A stretch of DNA of 64,000 nucleotides from Escherichia coli O127:H6 str. E2348/69 (GTDB lineage: Bacteria > Pseudomonadota > Gammaproteobacteria > Enterobacterales > Enterobacteriaceae), in NCBI RefSeq assembly GCF_000026545.1, contig NC_011601.1, one strand, 5' to 3'. Below the pieces are notes generated by a model. The model worked only from the letters and a program-made list of their open reading frames with translations, was not told where the DNA came from and ran no database searches. The translations under genes and the position numbers were made by a program. Position 1 is the first letter of the stretch. Every line of letters starts with the position of its first letter. Shown here piece by piece: positions 13,184 to 22,962 of the stretch.

Positions 13184-13450
13184 ATTTAAATGGGTTGTGA
13201 TGATTTCTCTGATAGACCAGGATTATGACTACGAAAAGATAGATGACTCGAATGTTATGGTTATGTTTAATATTAGCACATTTACATAACCTTCCGCTTC
13301 CATACACAACATAGCAGAAATGTATGACAGATCACTATTTTTGAAGCTTGTCACAGGACGTCATTATAGTGTGTGTCAGATCTCGTTTTCCTTAACCATG
13401 TTACATAGAATGTGCACGGAAATTTAACCTGCCTCATATTTGGAGCAAAT

Positions 13451-14653
13451 ATGGACCGCGTCCTTCATTTTGTACTGGCACTTGCCGTTGTTGCGATTCT
13501 CGCACTGCTGGTAAGCAGCGACCGCAAAAAAATTCGTATCCGTTATGTTATTCAACTGCTTGTTATCGAAGTGTTACTGGCGTGGTTCTTCCTGAACTCC
13601 GACGTTGGTCTGGGCTTCGTGAAAGGCTTCTCCGAAATGTTCGAAAAACTGCTCGGATTTGCCAACGAAGGGACTAACTTCGTCTTTGGTAGCATGAATG
13701 ATCAAGGCCTGGCATTCTTCTTCCTGAAAGTGCTGTGCCCAATCGTCTTTATCTCTGCGCTGATCGGTATTCTCCAGCATATTCGCGTATTGCCGGTGAT
13801 TATCCGCGCAATTGGTTTCCTGCTCTCCAAAGTCAACGGCATGGGCAAACTGGAATCCTTTAACGCCGTCAGCTCTCTGATTCTGGGTCAGTCTGAAAAC
13901 TTTATTGCCTATAAAGATATCCTCGGCAAAATCTCCCGCAATCGTATGTACACCATGGCAGCAACGGCGATGTCCACCGTGTCGATGTCCATCGTTGGTG
14001 CATACATGACCATGCTGGAGCCGAAATACGTCGTTGCGGCGCTGGTACTGAACATGTTCAGCACCTTTATCGTGCTGTCGCTGATCAACCCTTACCGTGT
14101 TGATGCCAGTGAAGAAAACATTCAGATGTCCAACCTGCACGAAGGTCAGAGCTTCTTCGAAATGCTGGGTGAATACATTCTGGCAGGTTTCAAAGTTGCC
14201 ATTATCGTTGCCGCGATGCTGATCGGCTTTATCGCCCTGATCGCCGCGCTGAACGCACTGTTTGCCACCGTGACTGGCTGGTTTGGCTACAGCATCTCCT
14301 TCCAGGGCATCCTGGGCTACATCTTCTATCCGATTGCATGGGTGATGGGTGTTCCTTCCAGTGAAGCACTGCAAGTGGGCAGTATCATGGCGACTAAACT
14401 GGTTTCCAACGAGTTCGTTGCGATGATGGATCTGCAGAAAATTGCTTCCACGCTCTCTCCGCGTGCGGAAGGCATCATCTCTGTGTTCCTGGTTTCCTTC
14501 GCTAACTTCTCTTCAATCGGGATTATCGCGGGTGCGGTTAAAGGCCTGAATGAAGAGCAAGGTAACGTGGTTTCTCGCTTCGGTCTGAAACTGGTTTACG
14601 GCTCTACCCTGGTAAGTGTGCTGTCTGCGTCAATCGCGGCACTGGTGCTGTAA
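13451..14653 (+). CDS. nupC: Nucleoside:H+ symporter NupC
   Basis: The track ORF starts at 13412. The internal ATG at 13451 ([14 protein letters not shown]) gives the 400-aa K-12 length. CNT-family membrane protein. Confidence 0.95.
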
Positions 14654-14663
14654 GACCATACAT

Positions 14664-14696
14664 AAAAAAGCCGGGGATAATTCCCCGGCTTTTTTA
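14664..14696. terminator. Bidirectional rho-independent terminator between nupC and pdeA
   Basis: gccgggga-taat-tccccggc stem-loop, flanked by an A-run upstream and a T-run downstream. Confidence 0.75.
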
Positions 14697-14702
14697 CGCC
14701 TG

Positions 14703-16892
14703 TTAATCAGCTAATGGCTGCGGGCGACCAATCAAATACCCTTGCAGATATTGCACCCCAAGTTTATGCAATAGCGCCTGCTGCTGTGGCGTCTCGACAA
14801 ACTCCGCGACCACACTCAATGACTTCGCTTTCGCCAGATCGGTAATTGATCTCACAATCATCGCATCCAGCGTGTTCGTGACGATATCTTTCACAAAGAC
14901 GCCATCAATTTTGATGATATCAGCCTGCAAACGCTTTAACCGTTCGTAGTTGGCATATCCGGTGCCAAAGTCATCAATCGCAATCCGGAAACCAAACTTA
15001 TGCAGCTGCTCGATGTTATACATGCTGCTTTCTGCGTTAGAAAACGCCTGCTCCTCGGTGATCTCGAGAATGACCGCCTGCGGGGAGATGTGATAACGCT
15101 TAAACAGACGAATAATCCGCCCGGCAATATTCTTTTGCAGCAGCGTGAGCGGCATTAAATTAACTGAAAATCGTGGGCCTTTTTTGTCGCAAGGGTGTGT
15201 TGCCAGCCATTTCAACAAGGATTCCAGCACTTGCAAATCAAAACGCGCGCTAAGGTTAAACTGAGCAATAAGGGGCAGAAACTTATCCGGGGTCATAATG
15301 CCGCCGTCATACTTCAGTCGCGCGAGGATCTCATCATAACCTTCACCCTCTTTGTTGCGAATTGGCTGGGCGTAGAGCAGCAAATCACCCTGATCTAACG
15401 CCGTGCGAATGGTATTCAGCAATAGCACCTGTTTAGTGGTTTGCCCGGAAACCATCTCCTCTCTGCTATCCAGCGCCAGCACATGATGATGTGCGCAGGA
15501 TTGCTCCGCCAACCAGCTTAACTGCCCCAACAAGGGTTGCAGGGTTTCCTGATTTCCATCAAAATGCCCCCAGGCAGCACCATAGCCCATATCCAGCCCG
15601 ATATTGTTCCAGTGAATTTGCCGACTATTCAGGATGTTAACCATATGCTGGAGTCGCCCTTCCGTTTCCGGTCCACTCAGCACTAACAGCAGTTCACTAC
15701 CCGGCAATTGATACAACTTTTCGTTTTCCTGCATCAACGGCAGCAGCGTACGGTAAATTGAGCGGATACAGTGAACGCGCATCATTAAGCCGTAATGACG
15801 ACTCATAAACTCAAGATTATCAATGCGCAGGCAACAAAAACTCTTGCCCGCCTCTTGCTCCGGCGCTTGCTCCAACGCACGAAAGTTGGGTAGAAGCGTT
15901 AACGGATCGGTCAGCGCCTGCAAATGCCAGCGGCGGTTAAGCCATTCACTACGATGATAAATACGCACCATATAGAGCAGGCAAACACTAAAGGAAATCA
16001 GTACTGCGAGAATAAATGCCAGCGAATATTCGGTTAGTACCCCTTGCAAAAAGTTCTGGTTATAATTCAGAAGGCAAAGCGTTGAAACAGCCCAGGTGAG
16101 ATTTAAAAACGGATAGCGAAGCTTACCGACACCGAGGGTAAAGATGATAAAGAAAACAGGTACCAGGTAACCGGCAATAAAGTCATTTTCATACGGTGTG
16201 CACATCAGAAGTAGCAGCACGCTAAGAGCTGCCAGCCAGCTTAAGGTAAATGCGCGTTTCTCTTTGCTCAACGACGGAGCGATATCCCTACGCCACAATA
16301 TCTGTGCAAAGTGGGGACTTACAATCATGCGGGTGAGATAGTAAAAAAGCATGTTGTAAATCAGCACTGCGGTGAAAAGGCTTAGCAAATCAACGACCGT
16401 GAAAATGGCATCCGCATCGCCGAAAAAGGTAGATATCTTTAGCGGAAAATCAAAGAAATTTCCCACAAGATACATGCTGCATTTGATGCCAATCGGCGCC
16501 ACCAAACCAAGCCAGAACAGACGTTGCCAGACGTATCGGCTGGTCAATCCATAACGCCAACGCGTCCCCAATTGCCAGCGTAATATTGCACAGGCACACA
16601 GGACTGCAAACGCCTGGCTGCCGATCATGACGGCGGTCTGTAAAAAAGTGAGATGAAGGTTCCACAGATTGGTGCAAAACATCCCGCATAAAATGGGAAC
16701 GACACCACGCCAGCCAAAGATAAACAAGATTGACAGCATTACGCACAGTGGCATCCACGCCAGAAAGATATAATTGGAATGGATAACAGCAAGTGGCGAA
16801 ATTAAACGGGATAGCTGAATAAGTACCACGGTGAGCGTAAACGCTAGTGTGAATATCTTGATATTTTTTATCAGGTTATGCTCCACAAACAT
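14703..16892 (-). CDS. pdeA: Membrane-anchored c-di-GMP phosphodiesterase PdeA (YfeA): MASE1, degenerate GGDEF and EAL domains
   Basis: Track ORF of 749 aa. The internal start MFVEHNLIKNIK gives the 729-aa K-12 length. The C-terminal EAL region includes EITE and DDFGTGYA motifs. Confidence 0.9.
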   Translation of the reverse strand: MFVEHNLIKNIKIFTLAFTLTVVLIQLSRLISPLAVIHSNYIFLAWMPLCVMLSILFIFGWRGVVPILCGMFCTNLWNLHLTFLQTAVMIGSQAFAVLCACAILRWQLGTRWRYGLTSRYVWQRLFWLGLVAPIGIKCSMYLVGNFFDFPLKISTFFGDADAIFTVVDLLSLFTAVLIYNMLFYYLTRMIVSPHFAQILWRRDIAPSLSKEKRAFTLSWLAALSVLLLLMCTPYENDFIAGYLVPVFFIIFTLGVGKLRYPFLNLTWAVSTLCLLNYNQNFLQGVLTEYSLAFILAVLISFSVCLLYMVRIYHRSEWLNRRWHLQALTDPLTLLPNFRALEQAPEQEAGKSFCCLRIDNLEFMSRHYGLMMRVHCIRSIYRTLLPLMQENEKLYQLPGSELLLVLSGPETEGRLQHMVNILNSRQIHWNNIGLDMGYGAAWGHFDGNQETLQPLLGQLSWLAEQSCAHHHVLALDSREEMVSGQTTKQVLLLNTIRTALDQGDLLLYAQPIRNKEGEGYDEILARLKYDGGIMTPDKFLPLIAQFNLSARFDLQVLESLLKWLATHPCDKKGPRFSVNLMPLTLLQKNIAGRIIRLFKRYHISPQAVILEITEEQAFSNAESSMYNIEQLHKFGFRIAIDDFGTGYANYERLKRLQADIIKIDGVFVKDIVTNTLDAMIVRSITDLAKAKSLSVVAEFVETPQQQALLHKLGVQYLQGYLIGRPQPLAD

Positions 16893-17098
16893 GAGTACAC
16901 TACTCTCACTGATCGGGGTTTTCAGGCACACAAATAATAAGTTTATTCGCATCGCGAAGCAAACAGGGGCCAGCCTGTTGCTGTTTTTTCAGTCAGTGAT
17001 GCATTCACTACACGGCACTGCCAGGATGTAGACTGTATTACAAAAGCGGCAAAAGGCAGAGACAAAAAACCCCCGCTTTGCAGCGAGGGTTTGAAATT

Positions 17099-17174
<76 letters not shown>

Positions 17175-17213
17175 ACGAGTCGTTTACGTACCAAATTTGC
17201 TGGGTGCAAAATT

Positions 17214-17289
<76 letters not shown>

Positions 17290-17321
17290 ATCACGTAAAG
17301 CTTGTCGAGTTGACGGGCGGC

Positions 17322-17350
17322 ATCATATGAATTCCGCCCGAATGTGTCAA
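17322..17350 (-). promoter_or_regulatory. Probable sigma70 promoter of the alaW-alaX tRNA operon
   Basis: The minus strand reads TTGACA-17 nt-TATGAT, followed by a GC-rich discriminator (gccgcccg), about 30 nt upstream of alaW. Confidence 0.6.
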
Positions 17351-17509
17351 CGGCAAATTGCCACGTGTAGTTTCAATCGCTGAAAAATCAGGCAAATGAA
17401 CAATTTTGGAAAACCGCTCGCATTCAGTAGTTATTCATGTCACGGTTTCCTGTAAAGTGGTGTTATAAAATGAACTACTAATAGACCCACATACATTCAG
17501 GGAATTGTT

Positions 17510-17869
17510 ATGTTCAAGGAGAGGATGACGCCAGATGAACTTGCCAGACTGACCGGCTATAGCCGCCAGACCATTAATAAATGGGTACGCAAGGAAGGCT
17601 GGACAACGTCACCAAAACCAGGCGTCCAGGGTGGCAAAGCCCGACTGGTTCACGTCAATGAACAGGTTCGTGAATATATTCGCAATGCTGAACGTCCGGA
17701 AAGTCAGGGAGAAGCGCCAGCCCTTTCTGGTGATGCGCCGCTTGAAGTGTTGCTGGTGACACTGGCGAAAGAGATGACGCCAGTTGAACAAAAACAGTTT
17801 ACATCCTTGCTTCTGCGGGAAGGGATTATCGGATTGTTACAACGCTTAGGGATTCGCGATAGCAAATAA
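17510..17869 (+). CDS. yfeC: DUF1323-family putative DNA-binding protein YfeC
   Basis: 119-aa ORF. N-terminal HTH-like MTPDELARLTGYSRQTINKWVRKEGW...GVQGGKARL. Paralogue of the adjacent yfeD. Confidence 0.85.
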   Translation: MFKERMTPDELARLTGYSRQTINKWVRKEGWTTSPKPGVQGGKARLVHVNEQVREYIRNAERPESQGEAPALSGDAPLEVLLVTLAKEMTPVEQKQFTSLLLREGIIGLLQRLGIRDSK

Positions 17870-17870
17870 T

Positions 17871-18263
17871 ATGAAAAGATTACGCAATAAAATGACCACC
17901 GAAGAACTGGCTGAATGCCTCGGTGTGGCTAAACAAACTGTTAACCGTTGGATCAGAGAAAAAGGCTGGAAAACGGAAAAATTTCCCGGCGTGAAAGGCG
18001 GTCGTGCCAGACTTATTCTGGTCGATACGCAAGTTTGCGAGTTTATTCAGAACACGCCAGCCTTCCATAACACGCCGATGCTTCTGGAAGCCGAAGAACC
18101 CCTTGCCGAATACGCACCGGGGATTCGCACTCCTGCTTATCGGCAAATCATCAGCGCAATAGACAACATGACTCACAGTGAGCAGGAAAAAGTTGCGCAA
18201 TTTTTGTCACGCGAAGGAATTCGTCATTTCCTTGCTCGTCTCGACATAGATGAATCAGAATAA
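17871..18263 (+). CDS. yfeD: DUF1323-family putative DNA-binding protein YfeD
   Basis: 130-aa ORF with the same N-terminal motif (MTTEELAECLGVAKQTVNRWIREKGW...GVKGGRARL). Confidence 0.85.
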   Translation: MKRLRNKMTTEELAECLGVAKQTVNRWIREKGWKTEKFPGVKGGRARLILVDTQVCEFIQNTPAFHNTPMLLEAEEPLAEYAPGIRTPAYRQIISAIDNMTHSEQEKVAQFLSREGIRHFLARLDIDESE

Positions 18264-18265
18264 AT

Positions 18266-18300
18266 AAAAAACGGCAGGGGTATCTCTCCTGCCGTTTATC
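18266..18300. terminator. Bidirectional terminator between yfeD and gltX
   Basis: acggcagg...cctgccgt stem-loop with an A-run upstream and a T-rich tail downstream. Confidence 0.7.
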
Positions 18301-18313
18301 TTTTATGCGCTAA

Positions 18314-19729
18314 TTACTGCTGATTTTCGCGTTCAGCAATAAAAGCCAGCGCTTTGTTGATACGCTCGATACTGCGGGTCTTACCGATTGCGTGAACGGT
18401 AACATCCAGCGCCGGAGACTGCCCCGCACCGGTTACGGCGACACGCAGCGGCATACCAACTTTACCCATACCCACTTCCAGCTCATCCGCCGTCGCCTGA
18501 ATAGCGTGATGAACGTTTTCAGCGGTCCAGTCAGTAATCGCAGTCAGTTTGTCACGAACTACTTCCAGCGGCTGACGCGCTACCGGACGCAGATGTTTTT
18601 TCGCGGCGTCGGCATCGAACTCAGCAAAATCTTCGTAGAAATAACGGCAGCTCTGTGCCATCTCTTTCAGCGTCTTGCAGCGTTCGCCCAGCAGTTTCAC
18701 CAGATCAGCCAGCTGCGGGCCGTTACGGGTATCGATATTTTCCTGCTCAATGTGCCACTGTAAGTGAGTAGCAACATACTCCGGCGGCAACGCGTTAATG
18801 TAGTGATGGTTCAGCCACAGCAGCTTGTCGGTGTTGAACGCACTGGCAGATTTGCTGACGGCATTCAGAGTAAAGTATTTAATCATCTCTTCACGAGTGA
18901 AGATTTCCTGATCGCCGTGGGACCAGCCCAGACGCACCAGATAGTTCAGCAGTGCTTCAGGCAGATAACCATCATCACGATACTGCATTACGCTGACCGC
19001 CCCGTGACGTTTGGACAGTTTTTTACCGTCATCGCCGTTGATCATAGAAACGTGCGCGTAAACCGGTACCGGCGCTTTCAGAGCCTTAAGAATGTTAATC
19101 TGGCGCGGTGTGTTGTTGATATGGTCTTCGCCACGGATAACGTGGGTGATTTCCATATCCCAGTCATCGACAACCACACAGAAGTTATAGGTTGGGGAAC
19201 CATCGGTACGGCGGATAATCAGATCATCCAGCTCCTGGTTGCTGAACTCGATCGGACCACGGATCTGATCGTCAAAAACAACAGAACCTTCCTGCGGGTT
19301 AGCAAAACGTACGACACACGGCTCATCATCAGCGTGATGCTCATGACTGTGGCGGCAGCGACCGTCATAACGCGGCTTCTCACCTTTCGCCATTTGCTCT
19401 TCGCGCAGCGCTTCCAGGCGCTCTTTAGAGCAATAGCATTTATAAGCTGTGCCCTCTTCCAGCATCTGATCGATCACCGCGTTGTAGCGATCAAAACGTT
19501 TGGTCTGGTAGTACGGACCTTCATCCCACTCCAGGCTCAGCCAGTTCATGCCATCCATAATGGCTTCGATAGCTTCCGGCGTGGAACGCTCAAGATCGGT
19601 GTCTTCAATACGCAGCACGAACTCACCGCCGTGGTTACGTGCAAAAAGCCAGGAGTAAAGAGCAGTACGCGCGCCGCCAACGTGCAGATAGCCTGTTGGG
19701 CTTGGCGCGAAGCGAGTTTTGATTTTCAT
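18314..19729 (-). CDS. gltX: Glutamyl-tRNA synthetase
   Basis: 471-aa ORF with class I aaRS motifs ([19 protein letters not shown]). Confidence 0.95.
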
Positions 19730-19942
19730 GAAATGGCCTTACGTTTAGAAAGATGCCGACAACCGGCAAATCCTGGAAAAATTGAGTGGGCGATATTCTA
19801 TCACTCCCGCCTGATTCCTCAATGTAGTTCGGGTTGCAACCTTACGCATTATTGTTTTCGTTGACAAATTGCGCAACACGGTCTGTTTTGCGATCATCTT
19901 GCTTAAATTTACGACGAACGAACAATTTCTTTAGAAAATGCG

Positions 19943-19970
19943 TTGACTCATTTTGAACTCTCCCTATAAT
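19943..19970 (+). promoter_or_regulatory. Probable sigma70 promoter of the valU-valX-valY-lysV tRNA operon
   Basis: TTGACT-16 nt-TATAAT, ending 18 nt upstream of the first tRNA-Val. Confidence 0.65.
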
Positions 19971-19987
19971 GCGACTCCACACAGCGG

Positions 19988-20063
19988 GGGTGATTAGCTC
20001 AGCTGGGAGAGCACCTCCCTTACAAGGAGGGGGTCGGCGGTTCGATCCCGTCATCACCCACCA
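19988..20063 (+). tRNA. valU: tRNA-Val (UAC anticodon)
   Basis: GGGTGATTAGCTCAGCTGGGAGAGCACCTCCCTTACAAGGAGGGGGTCGGCGGTTCGATCCCGTCATCACCCACCA. Confidence 0.95.
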
Positions 20064-20107
20064 ACTACTTTATGTAGTCTCCGCCGTGTAGCAAGAAATT
20101 GAGAAGT

Positions 20108-20183
20108 GGGTGATTAGCTCAGCTGGGAGAGCACCTCCCTTACAAGGAGGGGGTCGGCGGTTCGATCCCGTCATCACCCACCA
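20108..20183 (+). tRNA. valX: tRNA-Val (UAC anticodon), identical copy
   Basis: Identical 76-nt sequence. Confidence 0.95.
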
Positions 20184-20229
20184 CTTTCTCGCCAGCTAGA
20201 TTTCTTGTAACAATGTGAAGTACCGAAGT

Positions 20230-20305
20230 GGGTGATTAGCTCAGCTGGGAGAGCACCTCCCTTACAAGGAGGGGGTCGGCGGTTCGATCCCGTCATCACC
20301 CACCA
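20230..20305 (+). tRNA. valY: tRNA-Val (UAC anticodon), identical copy
   Basis: Identical 76-nt sequence. Confidence 0.95.
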
Positions 20306-20309
20306 CTTC

Positions 20310-20385
20310 GGGTCGTTAGCTCAGTTGGTAGAGCAGTTGACTTTTAATCAATTGGTCGCAGGTTCGAATCCTGCACGACCCACCA
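20310..20385 (+). tRNA. lysV: tRNA-Lys (UUU anticodon)
   Basis: GGGTCGTTAGCTCAGTTGGTAGAGCAGTTGACTTTTAATCAATTGGTCGCAGGTTCGAATCCTGCACGACCCACCA, 4 nt after valY. Confidence 0.95.
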
Positions 20386-20390
20386 ATGTA

Positions 20391-20416
20391 AAAAAGCGCC
20401 CTAAAGGCGCTTTTTT
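20391..20416 (+). terminator. Rho-independent terminator of the val-lys tRNA operon
   Basis: aaaaagcgccctaaaggcgctttttt stem-loop with a T-run. Confidence 0.8.
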
Positions 20417-20438
20417 GCTATCTGCAATTTGCGAAATT

Positions 20439-20464
20439 GCCTGATGCGCTTCGCTTATCAGACC
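20439..20464. repeat. REP-like palindromic unit
   Basis: gcctgatgcgcttcgcttatcagacc resembles the REP consensus. Confidence 0.45.
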
Positions 20465-20495
20465 AACTATGTCCGGCAGTTCCCGTGCCTCTCAT

Positions 20496-21394
20496 CTACT
20501 GCGCCAACGCCGCTAGCAGTTTAACCAGCGCGGGCGTCACCTGCTTCGTTTCATAAACAATATATAAGTCTGCCGGGATGCGTTCTTTGAGCGGACGGAA
20601 TATGACACCGGGCCAGTTCATCTGCGCGTAGCTGTCCGCTATCAATGTGATACCAATACCCATACTGACCATGGCGAGTACCGTTTGCGGTTCATTAACT
20701 TCGCGAATAACAACCGGTGAAAATCCCACCTGCTGGCAAACTCGCTGCAAAAAATCCCAGTCAGTGTACACGGGCGGCATTGTAACGAAATACTCGTCAC
20801 GTAGCGCTTCCAGCGGGACGGTGGAAAATGATGAGAGATGATGCTCTTCAGGCATCGCCACCAGAAACGCCGATTCATGCAACCGTAAGCTGGTAAAACC
20901 AGTCGGTGGTTCTGTCGCCATTCGCCAGATCCCGGCATCAAGTTCGCGGCGTTCCAGCAAGGCCATTTGCATCGCAGGCATCTTTTCGCGAAACAGAACT
21001 TCAACGTTAGGATTTTCTCTAAGGAATCGCCGCATAACCGGGCGCATCCGTCCCCACATTGCCGTTCCCACATTGCCGTTCCCACAACCCCGAGTTCAAT
21101 CCGCCCTGCTTCTCCCCGACCTATTTGTTCAACCCGAGCCAATACATTATTTGCATTCACCAGCAATCGACGCGATTCTTCCATCAAGATTTTGCCCGCG
21201 TGTGTCAGTACGACGCTGCGCGAATGGCGAATAAAAAGCTGCGTGCCGAGTTGATTTTCCAGCTCTTTAATATGAATACTGAGCGGAGGCTGAGACATAT
21301 TTAAACGCGCGGCTGCGCGACCAAAATGCAACTCTTCCGCTACGGCAAGAAAATAACGGAGCAACTTAAGATCTGTTCTATATACGCGTTCCAT
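20496..21394 (-). pseudogene. xapR: LysR-family xanthosine regulator XapR, frameshifted by a 14-bp tandem duplication
   Basis: Two overlapping track ORFs cover one gene. 20642..21409 carries the N-terminus (MERVYRTDLKLLRYF...ELGVVGTAMW) and then runs out of frame. 20496..21071 restarts at GTAMWGRMRPVM and carries the rest. The break coincides with the duplicated 14-mer at 21053..21080. Confidence 0.85.
21053..21080. repeat. Perfect 14-bp tandem duplication (cccacattgccgtt x2) inside xapR
   Basis: Read directly: cccacattgccgtt at 21053..21066 and again at 21067..21080. On the coding strand this duplicates the GTAMW codons plus 2 nt. Confidence 0.95.
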
Positions 21395-21434
21395 AATAAG
21401 GTGCTCCATATAAAAAATATATCGTATTAAATTA

Positions 21435-21593
21435 TCATGGCATAAAGTATTTCACCACCAGATATCCGACATACATAAACACGATGGATAATATACCCGG
21501 CAATACATTTGGAACAGGAATAGGTAATCGCACGATTGTAAACAAAGCACCAATGCCAAAACCAACGCCAGAAGAAAATAAAATATCTTTCAC
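21435..21593 (-). CDS. Candidate small hydrophobic protein (52 aa), below the ORF-track size cut-off
   Basis: GTG start preceded by aagg 7 nt upstream. Translation: VKDILFSSGVGFGIGALFTIVRLPIPVPNVLPGILSIVFMYVGYLVVKYFMP. It has two hydrophobic segments and lies between xapB and xapR on the same strand. No homology is known to me. Confidence 0.3.
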   Translation of the reverse strand: MKDILFSSGVGFGIGALFTIVRLPIPVPNVLPGILSIVFMYVGYLVVKYFMP

Positions 21594-21645
21594 TAATTAA
21601 CCTTTATCATAAAAGCAGCCCCAAGGAACAGAGCTGCGAATCCTT

Positions 21646-22902
21646 TTAATGTGTAACTGAACGATGCGTTATCTTTTCAGGGTCATGGTTATATTTAAAC
21701 CCAAAGAAAAATATCACTGCGAGGAAAAGAGCATACCCTGCAAACATCAGCCAAATGGTATGCCAATCTTTTACGCCATCCACCGAGAAGTAATCCACTG
21801 CCATACCGCTCAGAATCGAGCCAACCCATGCGCCGACGCCATTTACCATCGTCATAAAAAGGCCCTGGGCGCTGGCACGAATGCTGGAATCAACTTCCTG
21901 TTCGACAAAGACCGAACCAGAAATATTGAAGAAATCGAATGCACAACCGTAAACAATCATCGACAGCAACAGCAAAATAAACCCGGTTGGTGATGGATCG
22001 CCATAGGCAAAGAAGCCAAAGCGCAGCGTCCACGCCACCATACTCATCAGCATGACGGTTTTAATACCGAAACGCTTCAAAAAGAACGGTATCGTCAGAA
22101 TGAAACCGACTTCAGCCATCTGTGAAACTGACAGTAAAATGGACGGATATTTCACCACGAAGCTATCAGCAAACTCAGGATTACGGGCGAAATCATGCAG
22201 GAACGGGTTGCCAAAAACGTTGGTAATTTGCAGCACCGCGCCCAGCATCATGGCAAAGAGGAAAAAGATAGCCATGCGTGGATTTTTAAACAGCACGAAG
22301 GCATCCAGACCCAGCTTGCTGGCAAGCGATGTAGTCGCTTTTTTCTCCGCAACCGGAATCTTCGGCAAAGTCAGCGCATAAGCCGACAGCAGCAATGACG
22401 CACCGGACGCGATATACAGTTGCAGACTACTCAATTCCAGATGCAGCAGGCTTACTGCCCACATGGCGACAATGAACCCCACCGTACCAAAAACGCGAAT
22501 GGGCGGGAAAGCGGTCACCGGGTCAAGCCCTGCCTGGGCAAGACAGGAATAAGAGACGCTGTTCGATAACGCAATAGTCGGCATAAACGCCATCGCATTG
22601 ACTAACATCACCCAAAACATCATATCCGGATCAGTTACGGATGCCGCATAAAAAAGTACGCCCGCACACACCAGGTGACACAGCATGTATGCACGTTCTG
22701 CACGCAGCCATTTGTCTGCGATGATCCCCATTATACCCGGCATAATAATCGCGGCGATCCCTTTGGAACTGTAAACCATGCCAACATTAGCGCCGGTGAA
22801 ATGAAGGGTATTAATCATGTAAGAACCGAGGGTAACCAGCCAGCTCCCCCAGATAAAATATTGCAAAAAGGACATTACCTTTAAGCGCAAAGCGATGCTC
22901 AT
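21646..22902 (-). CDS. xapB: Xanthosine/nucleoside:H+ symporter XapB (MFS, NHS family)
   Basis: 418-aa membrane ORF. Synteny with xapA and xapR. Confidence 0.95.
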   Translation of the reverse strand: MSIALRLKVMSFLQYFIWGSWLVTLGSYMINTLHFTGANVGMVYSSKGIAAIIMPGIMGIIADKWLRAERAYMLCHLVCAGVLFYAASVTDPDMMFWVMLVNAMAFMPTIALSNSVSYSCLAQAGLDPVTAFPPIRVFGTVGFIVAMWAVSLLHLELSSLQLYIASGASLLLSAYALTLPKIPVAEKKATTSLASKLGLDAFVLFKNPRMAIFFLFAMMLGAVLQITNVFGNPFLHDFARNPEFADSFVVKYPSILLSVSQMAEVGFILTIPFFLKRFGIKTVMLMSMVAWTLRFGFFAYGDPSPTGFILLLLSMIVYGCAFDFFNISGSVFVEQEVDSSIRASAQGLFMTMVNGVGAWVGSILSGMAVDYFSVDGVKDWHTIWLMFAGYALFLAVIFFFGFKYNHDPEKITHRSVTH

Positions 22903-22962
22903 AATCGTTTCCTTGTCGCATCATATGGCCTCACTCAGTGAGGCCGTTTATTGTTGTTTTAC

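Noticed and set aside
13412-13450. N-terminal extensions of track ORFs (nupC from 13412, yfeN from 23846, pdeA to 16952, zipA to 30213, ucpA to 44072, ypeA to 49393, yfeX to 47716, ypeB to 27169, xapR to 21409)
   Set aside because: Internal start codons reproduce the known K-12 protein N-termini and lengths. The extensions run into promoter or intergenic sequence.
18764-19864. 366-aa ORF on the + strand, plus similar long antisense ORFs at 6145..6933, 13574..14374, 33145..33795, 38013..38720, 40532..41260, 46907..47701 and 53861..54487
   Set aside because: Each lies entirely antisense to a well-supported conserved gene (gltX, ypdF, nupC, ptsI, cysA, cysP, yfeX, SNF2 helicase). They have low-complexity, Arg/His/Gln-rich compositions typical of shadow frames.
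19988-20385. Three identical 76-bp repeats separated by short unique spacers, which superficially resemble a repeat-spacer array
   Set aside because: The repeats fold as tRNA-Val(UAC) with an encoded CCA, followed by tRNA-Lys. This is the valU-valX-valY-lysV operon, not CRISPR. The spacers of 44-46 bp are ordinary tRNA spacers.
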